64,000 bases of DNA from an uncultured Solirubrobacteraceae bacterium (GTDB taxonomy: Bacteria; Actinomycetota; Thermoleophilia; Solirubrobacterales; Solirubrobacteraceae), in contig CAVWYY010000004.1 in NCBI GenBank assembly GCA_963759375.1, forward strand, positions 337,844 through 401,843. Reading direction: 5' to 3'. Below the pieces are notes generated by a model. The model was given only the letters and a program-made list of their open reading frames with translations, was not told where the DNA came from and did not search any database. The number at the start of each line of letters is the position of its first letter. The first letter of the stretch is position 1. This document shows positions 58,779-64,000 of the stretch, in pieces. A program made the position numbers and the translations under genes.

Positions 58779-59672
58779 ATGACTGAGGTTCTCGAGGCGA
58801 TCGGGCGGGCTGTGAACGAGGCGGCGGACAAGGTCGGGCCGTCGGTGGTGGGGCTCGGGCGCGGCTGGGGCCGCGGCTCGGGCGTGGTGATCGCGCCCGG
58901 CCAGGTCGTGACCGTCGCGCACGTGTTGCGCGGCGACGAGGTCGCGGTGGCGTTCCCCGGCGGCGACGTCCGCGAGGGGCGCGTGCTCGGGTCGGATCCC
59001 GACCTCGACGTGGCCGTCATCGGCGTCGACACCGGCGACGCGCCGGCGGTCGCCTGGGCGGAGGACGGCGCGGCGACCGGCGCGCCCGTGTTCGCGCTCG
59101 CCAACCCCGGAGGGCGCGGCCTACGCACCACGTTCGGGCTCGTGTCCGCCACGGGGCGTGGCTTCCGCGGCCCGCGCGGGCGCCGGGTGGCCGGTTCGAT
59201 CGAGCACACCGCGCCGCTGCCGCGCGGCAGCTCCGGCGGTCCGCTGACCGATCTCGCCGGCAACCTGATCGGCCTCAATGCCGTCCGGCGCGACGGCGGC
59301 TTCATCCTCGCGCTGCCCGCCGACGCGGCGCTGCGCCGCCGGGTCGACGAACTGGCCAGCGGCGAGGCGGCCGAGCGGCCGCGGCTCGGCGTGGCGCTCG
59401 CGCCGCCGCGCGTCGCGCGCCGCATGCGCGCCGCGGTCGGCCTGCCCGAGCGCGACGGCCTGCTCGTGCGCGACGTGGTCCGCGACAGCGCCGCGGCGGC
59501 CGCCGGGCTGCAGCGCGGCGACCTGCTCGTGCGCGCCGGCGACAAGCCGCTGGCGAGCATGGACGACCTGTTCGACGCGCTCGACGGCGGCGGCGATTCG
59601 CTCGCCGTCGGAATCGTGCGCGGAACCGAGGAGCGCGACATCGAGGTCGCGTTGCAGCACTTCAGTTCGTGA
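58779..59672 (+). CDS. trypsin-like serine protease (S1C/HtrA-like) with C-terminal PDZ domain
   Basis: Catalytic triad context TVAHVL, DVAVI, GSSGGPL. PDZ-like GLLVRDVVRDSAAAAAGLQRGDLLVRAGDKPL. Confidence 0.8.
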   Translation: MTEVLEAIGRAVNEAADKVGPSVVGLGRGWGRGSGVVIAPGQVVTVAHVLRGDEVAVAFPGGDVREGRVLGSDPDLDVAVIGVDTGDAPAVAWAEDGAATGAPVFALANPGGRGLRTTFGLVSATGRGFRGPRGRRVAGSIEHTAPLPRGSSGGPLTDLAGNLIGLNAVRRDGGFILALPADAALRRRVDELASGEAAERPRLGVALAPPRVARRMRAAVGLPERDGLLVRDVVRDSAAAAAGLQRGDLLVRAGDKPLASMDDLFDALDGGGDSLAVGIVRGTEERDIEVALQHFSS

Positions 59673-59696
59673 AGTCTTGCGTTATCCTTAGGTTTC

Positions 59697-60056
59697 GTGC
59701 CGAACTCCGATTGCCCCGTATGTCGTACCGCAGACGTGGTCTGCGGGAAGTGGACCCTCCTCATCATCCGCGATCTGGCGGAGGGCCGGGCGCGCTTCTG
59801 TGAGCTCGAGCGCTCCCTCGCCGGCATCTCGCCGCGCACCCTCTCGCTGCGACTGCGCGCGCTGGAGGAGGAGGGCATCGTCGAGCGCCAGACGTACCCC
59901 GAGGTCCCGCCGCGCGTCGAGTACGCGCTGACCGAGAAGGGCCGCGCGCTGGTCCCGATCGTCGAGTCGATGCGCGTCTACGGGCGCGAGTGGCTCAACG
60001 AGGACGGCGCGTGCGCCGTCGAGCGGCCCGAGGCCGCCGACGCCGTCGCGGCATAG
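59697..60056 (+). CDS. HxlR-family transcriptional regulator
   Basis: GTG start at 59697. CPVCRTADVVCGKWTLLIIRDLAEGRARFCELERSLAGISPRTLSLRLRALE. Confidence 0.8.
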   Translation: MPNSDCPVCRTADVVCGKWTLLIIRDLAEGRARFCELERSLAGISPRTLSLRLRALEEEGIVERQTYPEVPPRVEYALTEKGRALVPIVESMRVYGREWLNEDGACAVERPEAADAVAA

Positions 60057-60128
60057 TTTCCGTCCGACCCGTGTGCAATAGCGCGTGCGCGCGAAGGAAG
60101 CGGCTTCGCTGAGGCGAACGAGCGCGGC

Positions 60129-61373
60129 ATGCACAACCGCGCCCTGCACGACTCGCTGGCCGCTTTCGTCGAAGAGGCCGCGTGGCAGCTCGCCGAGGAG
60201 ATCTCCGGCGGCGCCGAGGTCCCCTTCGAGCTGATCGAGCAAGGCCGCGCGAGCGCCCCGCTCTACTGCTACCGGCCGCTGACCGGCCGCTTCCTCGCCG
60301 ACCGCTCGACCGAGCTGGCGAAGCTGCCGTCGTACCCGTCCGCCGTCCAGGGCCTCATGACCCTGCCCGACCTGCCGGCCTACCTGAAGGCCCGCCAGCG
60401 CCGCACCCCGTCGCCCGACCAGCGGCTGCAGGCTGACGCCGCGCTGCAGGCATTCCTGACCGCGGTCTGGACCGAGTCCACCGACTTCGCGTTCGAGCAC
60501 GAGCGCTTCGAGGCCGCCTACGCGCAGCTCGAGGAGGCCGCGTACGGCGACCGCTCGCTGTCGGTCGTCCTCGCCGTGGTCGAGGGGCTCGTGCTGGAGA
60601 GCGACGAGGTCGCGCTCGGCGACGGCCTGGCGCTCGTCCGCGCCGAGACGCTGCAAGACGTGCCCGCCGACCTGCAGCTGGACGAGATGGGCACGGTCGC
60701 CGTGCTCGCGCTCGACGCCGCGGTCGGCGACGGCCGCGCGCTCGAGGATGCCGGCCGCCGGCTGCGGCGCCTGCAGACCGCGCTGCGCCTGTGGGACGAC
60801 GCCGAGCCGTCGCTCGGCCCGACCGCCTGGGCGCGCACCAACGGCGGCGCCTGGAGCGCCGTGCCGCTGGCCACCGGCGTGCGCCGCGACGTCGGCGACT
60901 GCCTGCTGGCCGCCGACGAGGAGGACCCGCTGCGGGCGTTCTGCTCGCTCGTCTCCCGCCGCACCCCGCGCGCGGGCGAGCTCGCCTGGGCGCTGCGCCG
61001 CTTCGAGCTCGGCTGCGAGCGCGCCTTCGCCGTCGAGGCGCTGACCGACTGGCTGCTCGCCGGCCGCGCGCTGCTCGCCGACCCGGACGCGGCCGGCTAC
61101 GACGGCATGGCCGAGCGCCTGGCGGTGATCTGCGCGACGCCCGACGAGCGTCAGGCGCTCGAGCGGCGGCTCGACGAGGCGATCCGCCTCGAGCGCTCCG
61201 CGATCACCGGCCACGTGCGCCCCGAGCCGGCGGTCGAGGACCTGATCGCCGACCTCGGCGGCAACCTGCGCGCCGTCCTGCGCGACGTCCTCTGCGGGCA
61301 CCTGGACCCGCAGCTCCGCCGCGTGGCCGACGAGATGCTCGAGGCGGAGCTCGGGCTCGTCGAGCCCGCCTAG
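60129..61373 (+). CDS. conserved hypothetical protein (414 aa, acidic, Leu/Ala-rich helical)
   Basis: Long ORF with high GC3. No recognisable catalytic motif. Confidence 0.6.
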   Translation: MHNRALHDSLAAFVEEAAWQLAEEISGGAEVPFELIEQGRASAPLYCYRPLTGRFLADRSTELAKLPSYPSAVQGLMTLPDLPAYLKARQRRTPSPDQRLQADAALQAFLTAVWTESTDFAFEHERFEAAYAQLEEAAYGDRSLSVVLAVVEGLVLESDEVALGDGLALVRAETLQDVPADLQLDEMGTVAVLALDAAVGDGRALEDAGRRLRRLQTALRLWDDAEPSLGPTAWARTNGGAWSAVPLATGVRRDVGDCLLAADEEDPLRAFCSLVSRRTPRAGELAWALRRFELGCERAFAVEALTDWLLAGRALLADPDAAGYDGMAERLAVICATPDERQALERRLDEAIRLERSAITGHVRPEPAVEDLIADLGGNLRAVLRDVLCGHLDPQLRRVADEMLEAELGLVEPA

Positions 61374-62449
61374 AAGAGGTGCTCGCGCATCCGCGCGAGC
61401 CCCTCGACGTCATGCACGTCCCCGTCGAGCTCGGGGATGACGATCATCGGCGGGTCGGCGAGCAACTCGCGCAGTCGCGCCAGGGACGCCTGCTCGCGCT
61501 CGGCCAGCGCCTCGATCTCACCCGCCGCGGTCGCCACCCGGCGGGCGAGGTCCTCGGGCAGGCCGGTGGGCACCCCGTCGCCGTCGACGGCCGCGTGCAG
61601 GCGGTTGACGACCAGCCCGCCGAACGGCATGTCGGCGTCGCGCAGCTTCCGGTGGAAGAAGATCGCCTCCTCGACCGGGTCGTGGCGCGGCGCGGTCACG
61701 ATCAGGAACGTCGTCGCCGGGTCCTCGAGCAGCAGCCCGACCCGCCGGGCGCGCTCCGTGAAGCCGTCGATCATCCCGCCGAGCGCGCGGAAGAACACCG
61801 ACAGGTCGTGCAGCAGATCGACGCCGGTGAGCCGCTCCAGCAACCCGAACACGACGCCGGTGCCGCGGCCGAGGATCCGCCCGCCGAGGCCGGCCGGGCG
61901 CAGGAACATCTTGATCGCGCGGCCCTGGAAGAACCCGGTCAGGCGCCTCGGCGCGTCGAGGAAGTCGAGCGCGTTGCGGGACGGCGGCGTGTCGAGCACC
62001 AGCAGGTCGTAGTCGCCCTCCTGGTCGAGCTCGTAGAGCTTGGCGATCGCCGTGAACTCCTGCGAGCCGGCGACCGAGTTGGAGAGCTGCTGGTAGATCC
62101 GGTTGGAGAGCACCTCCTGCGCCGTCTCCTTATCGGGTGCCAGGCGCTCGATCAGCGCGTCGAACGTGCCCTTGGAGTCGAGCATCAGCGCCCACAGCTC
62201 GCCCTCGATCGTCACGCCATGCCCGCTGAAGCGCTCCGGGTCGACGAGCCGCGGCTCGTTGCCCAGCTCCTCGAGCCCCAGCGCGTCGGCCAGGCGGCGC
62301 GCCGGGTCGATCGTCACGACCGCGACCTTGTGGCCGCGCTCGGCCATGCCCATCGCAAGGGCGGCGGCCGTCGTCGTCTTGCCGACGCCGCCCGGCCCGG
62401 CGCACACGACGATGCGCCGGCCTTCCAGCAGGGGGAGGACGCTCGTCAG
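61370..62449 (-). CDS. ArsA/Get3-like P-loop ATPase (anion-transporting ATPase family); start codon uncertain
   Basis: Deviant Walker A CAGPGGVGKTTTAAA, TIDPARRL and LVLDTPPS. The only canonical start is the GTG at 62407, immediately before the P-loop. A CTG at 62449 overlaps the upstream TGA. Confidence 0.75.
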   Translation of the reverse strand: MTSVLPLLEGRRIVVCAGPGGVGKTTTAAALAMGMAERGHKVAVVTIDPARRLADALGLEELGNEPRLVDPERFSGHGVTIEGELWALMLDSKGTFDALIERLAPDKETAQEVLSNRIYQQLSNSVAGSQEFTAIAKLYELDQEGDYDLLVLDTPPSRNALDFLDAPRRLTGFFQGRAIKMFLRPAGLGGRILGRGTGVVFGLLERLTGVDLLHDLSVFFRALGGMIDGFTERARRVGLLLEDPATTFLIVTAPRHDPVEEAIFFHRKLRDADMPFGGLVVNRLHAAVDGDGVPTGLPEDLARRVATAAGEIEALAEREQASLARLRELLADPPMIVIPELDGDVHDVEGLARMREHLF

Positions 62450-63054
62450 ATCAGGCCCTCGCGCACCGCGAAGGCGACTGCCTGCGAGCGGCTGCGCGCG
62501 TTCAGCTTGGTCACGACGTCGTGCAAGACGTTCTTGACTGTACGCTCGGAGTAGCAGAGCTGCTCCGCCACCTCGCGGGTCTGGTGGCCCGCGGCGATCA
62601 GTGCCAGCACCTGCTGCTCGCGGTCGGTGAGCGTCGCGATCGGCGGGCGGTCCGGCTCCAGCGTCACGCTCTTGAGCAGGTTGCCGAACAGCTCGGGCTC
62701 CATCACCCGCGTGCCGTTGACCGCGGCCTTGACCGCCGTGCCGAGGCTCTCGGGCGTCAGCGTGTCCTTGCGCAGGTAGCCGACCGCGCCGGCCTGCAGC
62801 GCGGCGAGCACCGACTCCTCGGCGCCGTCGGACGAGCACACCATCACGCGCGCCGATGCCTCGCCGATGAAGTCGCCGCCGCCGTCGGCGGCGGGATCGA
62901 GGATCACCAGGTCGGCGTCCGCAAGGCCCGGATGGCGGCGCGCCTCGGCGACGCTCTCGGCGTGCTCGACACGCTCCACCTCGGGCATGAGCTGCAGCGA
63001 AGCGGCCAGGCCCCTGCGGTAGATCGTGTGTGGGTCGAGGACGAAGAGCTTCAC
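62446..63054 (-). CDS. LuxR/NarL-family response regulator
   Basis: Receiver domain (FVLDPH...LVILDP...GYLRKD) plus a LuxR HTH (LTDREQQVLALIAAGHQTREVAEQLCYSERTVKNVLHDV). The first acidic pocket is reduced to a single Asp. Confidence 0.8.
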   Translation of the reverse strand: MKLFVLDPHTIYRRGLAASLQLMPEVERVEHAESVAEARRHPGLADADLVILDPAADGGGDFIGEASARVMVCSSDGAEESVLAALQAGAVGYLRKDTLTPESLGTAVKAAVNGTRVMEPELFGNLLKSVTLEPDRPPIATLTDREQQVLALIAAGHQTREVAEQLCYSERTVKNVLHDVVTKLNARSRSQAVAFAVREGLI

Positions 63055-63079
63055 GGTCCGCTCCCGGACACGGCCGATA

Positions 63080-64000
63080 CTACGGGCCGGGCGGGAGGGG
63101 GTCCAGCCAGGTCAGCGGCCGCGTGCCCTCCTGCGCTTCGACGGCCGCGAACAGCGCCGAGCCGGGCCGGCGCACCTCCGCGGCGTCGCGCGCCACGTGC
63201 GCCTGGGCGCGCGCCACCTCGGTCGGATCCGGCACGCTGGCCCCGCCCGCCGCGTCGAGCCGGCGGGCCGCGGCGAACGGCCGGTCGTCGAGCCGAGCGA
63301 TCTCGACGGCCTCGCGCACGTGGACGATGCGATCCTCATCGAGCGCGATCCCCACGTGCCGATCGTCCGAGAACACGACGTCGCCGGGCAGGAGGTCGCC
63401 GCGTTCGACCGGCGCGCCGGCCTCGAGCTGTTGGCTCGCGACGCGCGGCAGCGACATGCCGGCCTGCGCGTACGACCACTGCACGAGCCCGGACGGGTCG
63501 AACCCGGTCTCGGGGGTCGAGCCGCCCGGGTGATACGGCGCGCCGACGTGCTTCTCCGCCTCCACCGCCGCGGCCAGCGCCCGGGCTCCGGGCACGTTGC
63601 CGCGCCCGGCCGGAACCACCACGGCGGGCGGCGGCTCGGCCGGCTCCAGCTCAGGCGGCTCCCAACCGGTCGAGAGCGGACGCGCGAAGCCGACGTGGAG
63701 ATGGCTCTGGTGCGCCGCGTCGGTCCAGTAGCCGGGGCCGGCGATCGCCCACGGCGTCGCGATCTCGTCGGGCCGGATCGCCGCGTCGAGGTGCTGCAGC
63801 GAGATCGCCACCCGGCGCGCGACGACGTTGGAGGCGTTGACCGGCTCGCCGTCGATCGCCGCGATGTCGGCCGCCCGGCCGAGATGGTGGGAGGACACCG
63901 CGCCGCCGGTCGTGAACCGCGAATGCCCAGAGCAGAGGCTCGTCACCGTGATCGTGTGATCGCGGCTCAGCGTGGTCAGCAGGGCAACGATCCGCGGGTC
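63080..64000 (-). CDS. bifunctional-looking cell-wall hydrolase: peptidase-M15-like N-part + NlpC/P60 C-part (5' end outside window)
   Basis: SGHSRF...SSHHLGRAADIA...HLHVGF resembles the M15 (VanY/LAS) metal ligands. The C-part GAPYHPGGSTPETGFDPSGLVQWSYAQAG...GDVVF...HVGIAL is NlpC/P60-like but shows DPSG where the catalytic Cys is expected. The reading frame continues upstream past 64000. Confidence 0.65.
   Translation of the reverse strand, partial: DPRIVALLTTLSRDHTITVTSLCSGHSRFTTGGAVSSHHLGRAADIAAIDGEPVNASNVVARRVAISLQHLDAAIRPDEIATPWAIAGPGYWTDAAHQSHLHVGFARPLSTGWEPPELEPAEPPPAVVVPAGRGNVPGARALAAAVEAEKHVGAPYHPGGSTPETGFDPSGLVQWSYAQAGMSLPRVASQQLEAGAPVERGDLLPGDVVFSDDRHVGIALDEDRIVHVREAVEIARLDDRPFAAARRLDAAGGASVPDPTEVARAQAHVARDAAEVRRPGSALFAAVEAQEGTRPLTWLDPLPPGP

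Overview
This is a very GC-rich (by eye about 70% or more, not computed), gene-dense chromosomal segment. It looks actinobacterial; a deep-branching Thermoleophilia/Rubrobacteria-like lineage is my inference only. I support about 65 protein-coding genes. Most are housekeeping or metabolic: Lon protease, principal sigma factor, GlpX, acetolactate synthase, DAHP synthase, thiolase, acyl-CoA dehydrogenase, PsuG plus a PfkB kinase, Tag glycosylase, a P450 next to an ECF sigma/anti-sigma pair, an OmpR-type two-component system, two GT-C glycosyltransferase-like membrane proteins, several ArsR/HxlR/CGNR regulators, MFS/EamA/ABC transporters and three NlpC/P60- or RlpA-type cell-wall hydrolases. I saw no rRNA, tRNA, CRISPR array, transposase, integrase or phage genes, so this is core genome rather than an obvious island. 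I did not find a clear multi-gene novel system such as a defence island.

The most interesting content is non-coding or structural:
- Two copies of a 200-270 bp element bounded by about 30-bp inverted repeats. Each sits 4-5 nt downstream of a minus-strand stop codon. One copy carries an exact 60-bp-period array of GTGCGACG hairpin units.
- Two ydaO-type c-di-AMP riboswitches in front of cell-wall hydrolase genes.
- An ilvB leader-peptide-like uORF.
- A 21-bp perfect palindrome over the lon promoter that matches neither the HAIR nor the CIRCE consensus.
- A continuous PilT-AIM24 reading frame.
- At least four mid-gene frameshifts, which are either assembly indels or real pseudogenes.
- Recurrent tail-to-tail CTAG stop sharing and leaderless-type promoter spacing.

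All functional calls rest on motif and family recognition by eye from the ORF translations. No database search was run.
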